NCBI RefSeq assembly: GCF_963921235.1
Contig: NC_086107.1
Coordinates: forward strand, 105,898,001 to 105,962,000
Source: Mobula hypostoma
Taxonomy: Eukaryota
Direction of reading: 5' to 3'
Length of the DNA stretch: 64,000 nucleotides
Shown here piece after piece: positions 35,935 through 48,275 of this stretch. Each line of letters starts with the position of its first letter. Position 1 is the first letter of the stretch. The notes beneath the pieces are model-generated. The model ran no database searches. It was not told the origin of the DNA and was given only the letters and a program-made list of their open reading frames with translations. The position numbers and the translations under genes were made by a program.

Positions 35935-36305
35935 CAGTACTGTGCAAAAGTTTTAGGCACATGTAAAATAAAATTCTGTAAAGCGAAGATGCTTTCAAAA
36001 ATAACGAAATGAGAAGTTTCTAGCTATCAAAAAAATTACTCTAAGAGCAGTAAACAGTAAAAAACTAAATCGAATCAATATTTGGTGTGACCACACTTTG
36101 CCTTTAAAACTGCATCAAGTCTCATAAGCACACTGTCATGCAGTTTAGGAAGAAAATTGGCTGGTAGTTTATTCCAGGCATCTTGGAGGACTGGCTGTGG
36201 TCCTTCGACAGACTTTGGCTGTCTCACTTGCTTTTCTCTTTCCAGGGAGTCCCAGACAGCCTCGATGACGTTGAGATCAGGGTTTTGTGGAGGACATACC
36301 ATCTG
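35935..36305 (-). mobile_element. Tc1-like transposase C-terminal remnant with TIR
   Basis: PPQNPDLNVIEAVWD...LQDAWNKLP...RLDAVLKAKCGHTKY (the SPDLNPIE..W motif) and TA-CAGTACTGTGCAAAAG terminal repeat. Confidence 0.8.
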
Positions 36306-36844
36306 AAACAATATAAAAAAAATAGCGTGCCTAAGATTTTGCTCGGTACCTACGTACCCGCATACGTGTGCACACACACAAGTACATGCACACGCGCGCG
36401 CGTTCACATAGAGAAAGTCTTGAGCTTCCAATCTGTTAACTCCAGTGGAAGCAGAATATCCATCGGGATTACTTTGAAGGTGAGCAGGCAGGGGGGACAT
36501 CACTGGCTCCCAGAGGCTTTAAAACAGAACCACTCCTCCAAGTGTGACAGAAGCCGGGTTTGTCAGCACAACTTTGCAGCAAGCAGAGCTGCATCAGCCT
36601 GGGTTCAATCCCGACCTTGGGCACTGTCCGTTTTGAGCTTTCACGTTCTTCTAGTTTCCGTGAGGGTTTCCTCTGGGTGCTCTGGTACCCCCACCCCCAA
36701 CTTCCCAACGACACGCGGATTGGTAGGTTAACCGACCACTGTAAGTTGCCCCGAGTGTGAAAGAGAGAATCTGGATGAGCTGTTGAGAATGTGGGGGGAT
36801 TAACTGGTAAGTAAATGTGCACACAGTATTGGTATTGGTTTTCA

Positions 36845-37388
36845 CACTCAGTGGCCACTTTATTGGGTACACTTATATACCTGCTCATTAATGCAAATAT
36901 CTAATCATCCAATCATGTGACAGCAACTCACTGCATAAAGGCATGCGGACATGGTCGAGAGGCTCAGTTGTTGTTCAGACAAAACATCAGAATGGGGAAG
37001 AAATGTGATCTAAGTGACTTTGACTGTGGAATGGCTGTTGGTGCCAGATGGGGTGGCGTGTGTATGTCAGAAGCTGTTGATCCCCCGGAATTTTTCATGC
37101 ACAGCAGTCTCTAGAGTTTGAAACACACAAAAAAAAAATTCAGTGAGCAGCCGTGCTGTGGGCAAAAATGCTTTCTTCATGAGAGAGGTCAGAGGAGAAT
37201 GGCTGAACTGGTTGAAGATGACAGGGTAGTGACAGTAACTCAAATAACTACATGTTACAACAGTGGTGTATGGAAGAGCATCTCTGAACACACAACACAT
37301 CAAACCTTGACGCAGAATACCACGAACTTACCCTTCAGAGGCCACTTTGGTGGGTACAGGAGGTATCTAATAAAGTGGCTACTGAGTA
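36845..37388 (+). mobile_element. Tc1-like non-autonomous element with both TIRs
   Basis: CACTCAGTGGCCACTTTATT ... AATAAAGTGGCTACTGAGT, TA on the right, HTH remnant inside. Confidence 0.85.
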
Positions 37389-37937
37389 TAGTTGTCTTCT
37401 TTACGAAGATACAGTGAAATGCTTGTCTTGCACACTGTGTGTACACGTTATATCATTTCACAGTGCACTGAGGCAAAACAAGCTGAAACAACGACCAAAA
37501 GCAGAATTGAGTGTAACAGCTACATGTGCAGAGCAGGTAGATAATATGAGACAAGAGTTTAATTCTGAGGTTACTTGATGGCTGGGGCAGATTCATTGGT
37601 CCAAAGGGACTACGTGAATGTGTGGCTCTTATTGCAGTGGTGTTGAAATCTTTATGGCTTGGGGATGAGCTCGACTGTTTATAAATAAGTGCACTCAGTC
37701 TGTGGTGGCTGGTAGCCGTTGTAAACAGATGGAAGTGTCCGGAAGCACAGGAAGGAAACTATTCACACTACTCTCCGTGTTTCTTCACTGTCCTAACAGC
37801 ATCTGACTACCAAGGTTCAAAGTTCATTTATTATCTAAGAATGTATAAATAATACAACCTTGAGATTTGTCTGCTTACAGGCAGCCACAGAGCAAGAAAT
37901 CCAAAGGACCCAATTTTTAAAATTTTTACTAATAAAT

Positions 37938-38466
37938 GTCTCTCTGACAGTGTGGCACTCCCTCAGTACTGTCCCTCTGACAGTGAGGCACTCCCTCGGT
38001 CCTGTCCTTCCAATGGTGCAGCACCCCCTCGGTACTGTCCCTCCGACAGTACGGCACTCCCTTGGTCCTGTCCCTCCGACAGCGGGACACTCCCTCGGTC
38101 CTGTCCCTCCAACAGCGAGGCACTCCCTCAGTCTTGTCTGTCCGACAGTGAGACATTCCCTCAGCACTGTCCCTCTTACAGTGAGACACTCCCTCGGTCC
38201 TGTCCCTCCGACAGTGAGACATTCCCTCAGCACTGTCCCTCTGACAGTGAGATACTCCCTCGGTCCCATCCCTCAGACAGTGGGACACTCCCTCGGTCCT
38301 GTCCCTCCTACAGTGAGACACTCCCTCAGCACTGTCCCTCTGACAGTGAGATACTCCCTTGGTACTGTCCCTCTGACAGTGAGACACTCTCTCGGTCCCG
38401 TCCCTCCGACAGTGTGACACTCCCTCAGTACCGTCCCTCTGACAGTGAGACACTCCCTCAGTACTG
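37938..38466 (-). repeat. 33-bp minisatellite (about 16 units), same family as 29781-30220 but inverted and more diverged
   Basis: Units ACTGTCCCTCTGACAGTGAGACACTCCCTCGGT are the reverse complement of the first array. Confidence 0.9.
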
Positions 38467-39204
38467 CCTTTTGCAAGAGCCTAAGCCTGAGGCCTTGATC
38501 TGTGTGGCCAATTCTTACACCTGGCAAATGCAGCACTGGCCATGTCCAGAAACAAATTCCTGAGTGTTTTTTTTTTGTTGTCTTAAATGAGAGGTTTGAA
38601 TTCTCTTTCTGATTAGAAGGTGGAAAGAGAGTCAGCTGAAAATGACATGGTGAGTTTCAAGGTTATAGTTACAATAAAATTTTACTGCGACTTAAAGGAA
38701 ACCGCAGGCCCGCTGGCTGTGAAATAGGCAGCAGGCTGCCCAGTCCTCATGGTGCTTAACCCCTTCACTCTTATGGTTCATGTTAACACTCTCCTCAGAC
38801 TGTTGCTTCAAATCTCTACAGTTGAAGCATAACGCTGTTTATTCCCCTTCATTTATTAATCCCTTCTTCACTAACCCTTTCGATTTCCTCCTGGTTCCTG
38901 GACATCTTCTCCTCTTCCCTCTAGCTTCATTATACTTTCACCTCCTTCCCTGTTGCGACTTAGTCCCCACGATTCCAAACTTTGCATCAGAATCAGGTTT
39001 ACTATCACTGATTTTCATCATAAAATATGTTGTTTTGCAGCAGCAGTACTGTGCAATACAGAGAATGCATTGTAAAATACAGTAACAAACTTATATACAT
39101 GGGCTGCGCAAAAATAGTGTGGTTGTGTTCATGGGTTCATGGACCATACAGAAATATAATGATGGAGCAGAGGAACCTGCTTCTAAAGTGTTGAGTGTGT
39201 ATCT

Positions 39205-39632
39205 TAGAACATAAGAAATAGGAGCAGGAGTCGACCATCTGGCCCGTCGAGCCTGCTCCACCATTCAATAAGATCATGGCCGATCTGACCATGGTCTCAT
39301 CTCCGCCTCACTCCCTTTCCCCCATAACCCTTAATTCCCCTACTATGTAAAAATCTATCCAACCTTGTCTTTGCTGAGGGAGCCTCCACTGCTTCATCGG
39401 GCAGAGAATTCCACAGATTCATCACTCTTTGGGAAAAGCTGTTCCTCCTCGTCTCCATCCTAAAGCTACTCCCCCGAATCTTGAGGCTATGTTGCCTGGT
39501 TCTAGTGTCACCATCCAGTGGAAGCAACATTCTTGCCTCTATCTTATCCATCCCTTCCATCATTTTGTTTCTATAAGATCTCCCCTCATTCTTCTGAATT
39601 CCAGCGAGTACAGTCCCAGGCGACTCAATCGC
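39205..39632 (-). mobile_element. CR1-type LINE 3' fragment
   Basis: Encodes MEGMDKIEARMLLPL...RRNSFSQRVMNLWNSLP, followed by the CR1 3' UTR. Confidence 0.75.
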
Positions 39633-40699
39633 TCAATCTTCAGGATCCTGTACCTCCTCCCTGATAGTAACAATGAGAAGAGGGTGATGGGGGTCCTTAC
39701 TGATGGGTGCCACCTTTTTGAGGCATTGCCTTTTGAAGGTGTCCTCGATGCCGTGGAGGCTAGTCCCCGTGATGGAGCTAGTTGAGTTTATAACTTCTGC
39801 AGTTTTTACTAGTCTGTGAAGTAGCTCCTCCATACCAGACAGTGATGTAACCAGTTAGAATGCTCTCCATGGTACAACTGTAGACATTTGTTAGAGTCTT
39901 TGGTGCCTTGCCAAATTTCCTCAAATTCCTAATGAAATATTACCACTGGCATGCCTTCTTCGTAATGGCACAATCAGCCAAGGATAGAGCCTCAGAGATA
40001 ATGACACCCAGGACATTGAAAGTGCTCACCATTTCCACTTAATGAGGACTGGTGTGTGTTCCTTCAACTTCCTCTTCCTGAAGTCCACAATCTTAACCTT
40101 TCTTGTAACATTAACCCCTTCTATCCTTTTCACTTCCTTAACCCTTCTTTTCTGCCACTCTCATACGTGGCAGAGCTCTTGGCAACAGCTCGGCCACTGT
40201 CTGCACTCTCTGCTCTTGCTTTCTTGCCCTGACCCACCACAAGGACAGAACTACCCTGGTCCTCATCTACTACCAGGGGACTCTCTGTTCAATAGTCATC
40301 TTTCACGATTCTCTTCACCTTCAACAAGATCCCACCACTAAACACAAGGTTCCTGCCCTGCTCATATAGCTTTCCTAAGGGGTCGTTCCCTTTCCAATTC
40401 CTCATTCCACTCTTCCATTTCCAGAGGTTCTTTGGAAGTTAAGAATGAGGCAAAAAACTTGTTTCTTGAATCTCTTTTATTAACTTTTTCAAGACAAACG
40501 AGGAACAAAATTAGAGGAGCCATGAAAACAAAAGAAATTGCAGATGTCTTCCACAAAAACCAGTTCAGACTAAAAAAGCAATATTGCAGTGATAACAATT
40601 AGCCAATGAAATAGTCAGATTCAGTGACGTGACTCTTGATATTGAAAAGTTCAGAAGCAATTGCACCATAACTACTGGAAAATTCACTAAGTAATGCAT

Positions 40700-41335
40700 A
40701 TAGGGAGGATTCCAGTTAATTGGGAAACATCGGGACCAATACATTTTGGCCCAATTAAGTGGCTGCCCCAATTAGCCAAAGTTTCATGAAAATAGTTAAA
40801 AAGGTGTAAAAAAAGAAACTAGCATTTAACTGAGTAATAAATTTAATATTTAAATGAAATACAGAACAAATTAGATAACTACCAATACTACTACAGTACT
40901 ATAAGACTGTGTATAGGTTCTAAATAGATATCAACTGACGAATTCACGCAGTGTACTCTGCTGTGTTCTTTTAATTCGCTGTAAGTGAACAAATTCAGCA
41001 CAGACACCAACTGCATATAATGGACTGCCTTCATACAATGCTTTCGACAATTGTATCCTCCAAATCTTCGTTTTCATTGTAACATTCAAGGTTATTGCCG
41101 ATACCTTCAAATTCTTTGTAGTTCCTAACTTGAAGTGGCAAAATGGTTTCATTTTTCATTCCCAGCCATGTCTGGCATCTCCAGACTTGAATGCTTGGCA
41201 CCGCAGTGAGCAAAGCAGTTCCGAATGTCTTGCTGCCTATTTCTTGTCAACTATCATTGACAAAAGTCACCGCCTTTTGAATGCAAACTCACTCAATTGA
41301 CACAATTTAAAAGTTGTTCACTTTAAGCACAGTGT
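40700..41335 (-). mobile_element. pogo/Tigger-like DNA transposon remnant
   Basis: Terminal region GATTCCAGTTAATTGGG...CCCAATTAAG and an acidic C-terminal peptide QVRNYKEFEGIGNNLECYNENEDLEDTIVESI; family assigned from recall. Confidence 0.5.
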
Positions 41336-41339
41336 AGTG

Positions 41340-42700
41340 TCTCCTTCGGAGATGTCATCCTTTTTTAAAGAAAGGGGCTTCCCTTCCTCCACCATCAATT
41401 CTGCTCTCAAACGCATCTCCCCCATTTCACGCACATCTGCTCTCACCCCATCCTCCCGCCACCCCACTAGGAATAGGGTTCCCCTTGTCCTCACCTACCA
41501 CCCCACCAGCCTCCAGATCCAACATATAATTCTCTGTAACTTCCGCCACCTCCAACGGGATCCCACCACCGAGCACATTTTTCCCTCCCTCCCCCTTTCT
41601 GCTTTCCGCAGGGATCGCTCCCTACACGACTCCCTTGTCCATTCATCCTCCCCCATCCCTCCCCACCGATCTCCCTCCCAGCACTTATCCTTGTAAGCGG
41701 AACAAGTGCTACATGTGCCCTTACACTTCCCCCCTTACCACCATTCAGGGCCCCAGACAGTCCTTCCAGGTGAGGCGACATTTCGCCTGTGAGTTGGCTG
41801 GGGTGATATACTGCGTCTGGTGCTCCCGGTGCGGCCTTCTATATATTTGCGAGACCCGACGCAGACTGGGAGACTGTTTCGCTGGACACCTACGCTCTGT
41901 CGGCCAGAGAAAGCAGGATCTCCCAGTGGCCACACATTTTAATTCCACATCCCATTCACATTCTGATATGTCTATCCACGGCCTCCTCTACAGTCAAGAT
42001 GAAGCCACACTCAGGTTGGAGGAACAACACCTTGTATTCCGTCTAGGTAGCCTCCAACCTGATGGCATGAACACTGACTTCTCTAATCTCCGTTAATGTC
42101 CCTGCTCCCCTTCTTACCCCATCCCTTATTTATTTATTTATTTATTCCCCCCCTTTCTTTCTCTCTCTTTTTTCTCCCTCTCTCCCTCTCACTATATCTT
42201 CCTCTGGTGCTCCCCTTCCCCTTTCTTTCTCCCTAGGCCTCCCGTCCCATGATCTTCTCTGTGGAGGCTGTGGAGGCCAAGTTTCTGGATGTTTTCAAGA
42301 AAGAGATGGATAGAGCTCTTAAAGATAGCGGAATCAAAGGTTATGGGGATAAGGTGGGAACTAGATACTGATTGTGGATGATCAGCCATGATCACAGTGA
42401 ATAGTGGTGCTGGCTCGAAGGGCCGAATGGCCTACTCCTGCACCTATTGTCTATTGTCTATTGTCTCTCCCTTCTCGAGCCTGGTATCCCTTTTGCCAAT
42501 CAACTTTCCAGCTCTTGGCTCCATCCCTCCCCCTCCTGTCTTCTCCTATCATTTCGGATCTCCCCCTCCCCCTCCCACTTTCAAATCTCTTACTAGCTCT
42601 TCTTTCAGTTAGTCCTGACGAAGGGTCTCGGCCCGAAACGTCGACTGCACCTCTTCCTAGAGATGCTGCCTGGCCTGTTGCGTTCACCAGCATTTTATGT
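41340..42700 (+). mobile_element. Penelope-like retroelement, 5'-truncated and frameshifted (RT C-terminal linker plus GIY-YIG endonuclease), with a CR1 3' end inserted at about 42258-42465
   Basis: FKERGFP...VPLVLTYHP...AFRRDRSL; C-x4-C-x2-C; GVIYCVWCSRCGLLYICETRRRL...HLRSV...PVATHFN...LEEQHLVFRLGSLQPDGMN. Confidence 0.9.
42611..42646 (+). ncRNA. Minimal type-I hammerhead ribozyme motif in a Penelope end
   Basis: AGTC-CTGACGA-A-GGG tctcgg CCC-GAAA-CG-TC-GACT; all core nucleotides and both stems intact. Confidence 0.7.
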
Positions 42701-44069
42701 GATGGGCTCAAGTTGGCTTTATGATGAATTTCCTGCCATACATGGCGAAATATTCCATTTCTTTAGTAGTGGGAACATGTAAACGTGTATATGCTGTTTG
42801 TACACTGTTATTTAAGTGAAATACTTCTGTTTACTTTGTAAAACGTTGTAACTACAGTGTGGGTACATCTAATTCTAATTCATGTGTAGTGTTAACTTAA
42901 CTGGACTGGTCTGTTTTTTTTCTCCCTAGATGCAGCAGGTCATGCATTTTGTGTGAGTTGCTCTGGATTTCCAGCATCTGCAGAATCTCTTGTGTTTAAT
43001 TCCAGATGAGATTGAAATCTCACTCTCTAATAACATTACAAACATCTGACCGTGTTTGGGAAGAATGAATCCTTTGCAGGCTCAATGGATGATTGCAGAA
43101 AGATGAAAAAGCAAATAACATCAGAAGGGTTTACTAGGCTGCTGAGGTATCTTCGTGGTAGGACGTGATGAAGTTTCTGGTGTCAGTTTCAGCTGCCTCA
43201 CTTTGCCAGGGGCCTCACACATCCATATTACAGGACCTGAGAGGAAATTCCCAGACTCTCTGAGCTCTTGCATTGAATGGCAAGGAAGAACTGACCACGG
43301 GGAAGTTGTGGGATTTGGGCCTGGGGAAAGGCGTAGGCTGGTGGTTACATATGAGGAACCACGGTCAAAGCCAAAATCCTGAATCCACCACCATACCTGG
43401 CAACATGTTCCAGCACCAAACACTCTGAGTATAAAAATAACTTGCCCCACCCATCTCTCTTAAACTCCCACCACCTCACCTTAAAGCTAAGCCCTTTATG
43501 ACATGTCTACACTTTTATTTACCCATTGTTTAAGTTAGCCCTTTCTAAACACTCCTGCTTGAAGCTTCACTCTCAAAAGCCCCCGTCCCTTCATCTTCCC
43601 CCTTCCTCTGCAGGGTCTCAGCCCGAAACGCCGACTGTTTATTTCCCTGAAGCTACCTGACCGGCATGTTGTGTGTGTTGCTTAAGACTTCCAGCATCTT
43701 CAGAATCCCTTGTGTTTAGGAAATACTGGGCTTCTTTTCTTGAGCGAGAGAAGGCTGAGGAATGGGCTGACCTTAAAGATTGTGAAAGGATGTAAATAAA
43801 GAGAATGTTTTCCCTCCTACGAGTCTCTAACAGCAGGGATCAAGTAGACAAAGTCAATAATAAATGCAGCAAAGACTTCTGTAGTACTGTTTTACACAGG
43901 AAGCAGAACTTTCTTGTATAATGAGGGATTAATGATAGATATTCCATTTATGAGACTCAGTATGAGGACCTGAGGGAGAAAGGCACAGAGTGATGAATTA
44001 GGTGGAGAAAGGCCTTTAAAGACTATCTCTCACCACCCCAGTGTCGCTATCTTCCCTCATCTTTCTCAT

Positions 44070-44880
44070 ACCATAAGACATAGGCCATTCAGCCCATTGA
44101 GTCTGCGCCATCATTCAATCATGGCTGGTTGATAACCCCTCTCAACCCCATTCAGTTGCTTTCTCCCCAAAACCTCTGGTGCCCTTCCTTACTGAGAGCC
44201 TATTAACCACCACTTTGAATATACCCAATGACTCGGCCTCCACAGATGTCTGCGGCAATGAATTCCATGGGTTCACCGCCCCTGGCTGAAGAAATTCCTC
44301 CTCATCTCTGCTCTAAAGGAACGTCCCTCAATTCTGAGACTGTGCCCTCTGGTCCTAGACTCCCTCACTATCGGAAATATCCTTTCCACGTCCATTCTAC
44401 CCAGGCCCTTCAATATCTGGCAGGTCTCAATAAGATTCCCCCTCATCCTTCTAAACTCCAGCGAGTACAGACCCAGAGCTCATCGCGCATTAACCCTTTC
44501 ATTCCCAGGATCATTCTCTGGACCCTCGACGATGCCAGCACATCTTTGCTTAGATAAGGGGCCCAAATCTACTCACAATATCCAACTGCAGTCTGGCCAA
44601 TGTCTTATAAAGCCGCAGCATTACATCCTTGCTTTTATATTCTAGTCCGCTCAAAATGAATGCTAATATTGCATTTGTCTTCCTTACCATCGACTCAACC
44701 TGCAATTTAATCTTTAGGGAATCCTGCACGAGGACTCCCAAATCCCTGCTTTCTGAATTTGCTCTCCATTTAGAAAATAGTCTACACCTTTATTCTTTTC
44801 ACCAAAACACATGATCATACCTTCCTTACACTGTTTGCCATCTGCCACTTCTTTGCCCATTCTAATCTGTCCAGCTCCCA
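44070..44880 (-). mobile_element. CR1-type LINE RT 3' fragment, degenerate
   Basis: GVLVQDSLK...NAILAFILSGLEYKSKDVMLRLYKTLAR; LDRLEWAKKWQM. Confidence 0.75.
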
Positions 44881-45524
44881 CATTTTCCCTGTGACCGTAT
44901 GGGTTTCCTCTGCTACTCTGGTTTCTGTCTGTATCCCAAAGGGAACACCATCAGGAACCACAACCACCCAGCTCATACTCTTTTCTCGCTGCTGCCATCG
45001 GGAAGGAGGTACAGGAGCCTCAGGACTCACAACAGCAGGTTCAGGAACAGTTCTTACCCCTCAGCCATCAGGCTCAAGAACCAGAGGGGGATAACTTCAC
45101 TCAACTTCACTCGCCCCATCACTGAACTGCTCCCACAATGCATGAACTCACTTTCAAGGACCCTTCATTTCATGTTCTCAATATTTATTGCTTCTTTATT
45201 TATTATTAATATTTCTTATTTTTCTCTTGTATTTGCACAGATTGTTGTCTTTTGCACGCTGCCTGTCCTGTTGGGTTTGGTCTTTCATTGATTCTATTGT
45301 GTTTCCTAGATTTATTGAGTTTGCCCACAAGAAAAGGAATCTCAGTGTTGTGTACGATGGCATACATGTGCTTTGACAATAAATTTACTTTGAACTTTAA
45401 CTGGCCACTGTAAGTTTTCCCAACAGCGCAGGTGAATGGTAGAAACTGGGGGGACCGATGAGCTTGTAGGGAGAACACAAACCGAGGTTAACACAGGATC
45501 TGGGTATACGGGTGACTGATGATC

Positions 45525-45656
45525 TCCCTCTGTCTCGCTGTGTCTCCATGTTTCTGTCTGTCTGTTTGTCTCTCTGTGTCTCCGTGTTTCTGTCTGTCTG
45601 TCTGTCTGTCTCACTCTCTCTGTCTTTCTGTGTCTCCATGTCTCTGTCTCTATGTG

Positions 45657-45698
<42 letters not shown>

Positions 45699-45782
45699 TG
45701 TCTGTATCTCTCTCTCGCTCTGACTCTCTGTGTCTTTATCTCTCTGGCTCAATGTGTCTCTCTATGTCTGTGTGTGTGTGTC

Positions 45783-45815
<33 letters not shown>

Positions 45816-46078
45816 GACTCTATGTGTCTCTTTATGTCTCTCTGTCTCTGTGTGTAGTCTCTCTCTATGTCTTTCTGTCTGTGTGTGTCTTGCTCTCTCT
45901 CTCTGTCTCTATGTGTCTCTCTGTCTGTCTGTGTGTCTCTCTCTCTATGTATCTCTGCATCTGTGTGTGTGTCTGTCTCTCTTGTCTGTCTGTCTCTCTC
46001 TCTCTCTGACTCTATGTCTTTCTGTCTGTGTGTGTGTGTCTCTCTCTGTGTCTGTCTCCCTGTATCTCCGTCTCTCTG
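45525..46078. repeat. Compound (TC)/(TG)/(TCTG) microsatellite; resumes at about 46570-46660 after a Rex1-type LINE end (46079-46570, minus)
   Basis: Low-complexity sequence visible directly; the insert encodes CLRKAASIINDLQHPGHALFSLLPSGRRYRSLKTHTQRFRNSFFPSAIRFLN. Confidence 0.85.
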
Positions 46079-47099
46079 AATCATAATCAGAATCAGGTTT
46101 ATTATCACCGGCATGTGACGTGAAATTTGTTAACTTAGCAGCAGCAGTTCAATGCAATACATAACCTAGCAGAGAGAGAAAAAATAATAAATAAAATATT
46201 CAAAATTAATGATAAATAAATAAGTAAATCAATTACAGTATACGTATATTGAATAGATTAAAAATGTGCAAAAAACAGAAATACTGTATATTAAAAAAAA
46301 GTGAGGTAGTGTCCAAGGGTTCAATGTCCATTTAGGAATCGGATGGCAGAGGGGAAGAAGCTGTTCCTGAATCGCTGAGTGTGTGTCTTCAGGCTTCTGT
46401 ACCTCCTACCTGATGGTAACAGTGAGAAAAGGGCATGTCCTGGGTGCTGGAGGTCATTAATAATGGACGCTGCCTTTCTGAGACACCGCTCCCTGAAGAT
46501 GACCTGGGTACTTTGTAGGCCAGTACCCAAGATGGAGCTGACCAGATTTACAACCCTCTGCAGCTTCTTTTGTCTCTGTCTCCCTGTATCTCTGTCTCTC
46601 TGCGTCTCTGTGTGTCTCTCTCTGTCTTTATGTGTCTGTCTGCCTGTTTGTCTCTCTCCTCAACTCTCGGGAACCCCATTTCAGAAAAATAACATCATTC
46701 TGGTTAGTGTTCCCAGAGCAATACTGAGGGAGTGGCACACGTTCAGATGAAAGGCTGCATTGTCAACCAATATACAATATATCATTCAACCAACATCACA
46801 AACCGCCTGGCCGCTTCCACAATGCTTTTTGTGGAATCTTGCTGTGCAGTGACTACCTCTCAGAAATTACTTTGTTGGTTAACACACATAAAATGCTGGA
46901 GGAACCCAGCAGGTCAGCCAGCCTCTGTGGAGGGGAATAAACAGTTGTGGTCTCAGACCAAAACATTGACTGTTTATCTCTCTCCATTGATGCTGCCTGA
47001 CCTGCTGAGTATCTCCAGCATTTGGCGTTTCTCAGAATTTCCAGCATCTGCAGAATTTCTTGTGTCTGTAATACAATATTATGAGGCTCTATTAGCCAC

Positions 47100-48275
47100 T
47101 CGTGAGACCACACTTGGAGTATTGTGTGCAGTTTTGGGCTCCTTATTTTTGAAAGGATATACTGATGTTGGAGAGAGTTCAGAGAAGATTCACAAGAATG
47201 ACTCCAGGAATGAAAGGGTTACTGTATGAGGAACATCTGGCAGTTCTTGGGCTGTATTCCCTGGAGTTCAGGGGAACGAGGGGGGAATCTCATAGAAACA
47301 TTCGGAATGTTAAAAGGACTGAACAGATTAGAAACATAGAAAGCCTACAGCACAATACAGGCCCTTTGGCCCACAAAGCTGTGCCGAGCATGTCCTTACC
47401 TTAGAGATTACCTAGGGTTACCCATAACCCTCTATTTTTCTAAGCTCCATGTACCTATCCGGGAGTCACTTAAAAGACCCTATCGTATCCGCCTCCACCA
47501 CTGTCGCCGGCAGCCCATTCCATGCACTCACCACTCTCTGAGTAAAAAACTTACCCCTGACATCTCCTCTGTACCTACTTCCAAGCACCTTAAAACTGTG
47601 TCTTCTCATGCTAGCCATTTCAGCCCTGGGAAAAAGCCTCTGACTATCCACATGATCAATACCTCTCATCACCTTATACACCTCCATCAGGTCACCTCTC
47701 ATCCTCCGTCGCTCCAAGGAGAAAAAGCCGAGTTCACTCAACTTATTCTCATAAGGCACGCTCCCCAATCCAGGCAACATCCTTGTAAATCTCCTCTGCA
47801 CCCTTTCTGTGGTTTCCACATCCTTCCTGTAGTGAGGCGACCAGAAATGAGAACAGTATTCCAAGTGGGGTCTGACCAGGGTCCTATATAGCTGCAACAT
47901 TACCTCTCAACTCTTAAACTTAATCCCACGATTGATGAAGGCCATCCCATGATTGATTAGATATGGCAAAGTTATTTCTCATGGTAGGGGAGTCTAGGAC
48001 AAGAGGGATTGAAGGACGTCCATTTAGAACAGAGATGCAGAGAAATTACTTTAGTCATACGCTGGTAATTCAGTGGAATTTGTTGCCATGAGGCCAAGTC
48101 ACTGGGGGCATTTAAGGCAGAGATTGATAGGTTCTTGATTAGCCAGGGCATCAAAGGGTATGGAGAGAAGGCAGGGGAGTGGGGATGACTGGAAGAATTG
48201 AATCAGCCCATGATTGAATGACAGAACAGACGCAATGGGCTGAATGGCCTGCTTCTGCTCCTATATTTTATGGTC
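47100..48275. mobile_element. Plus-strand CR1 3' fragment interrupted by a minus-strand CR1 of another subfamily (47333-47954)
   Basis: The insert encodes LQLYRTLVRPHLEYCSHFWSPHYRKDV...ERVQRRFTRMLPGL. GATTAGA is duplicated at 47326-47332 and 47955-47961. Confidence 0.85.

Noticed and set aside
45342..46114. Cys/Leu/Ser/Val-rich and Arg/Gln/Thr-rich ORFs
   Set aside because: Microsatellite translations.
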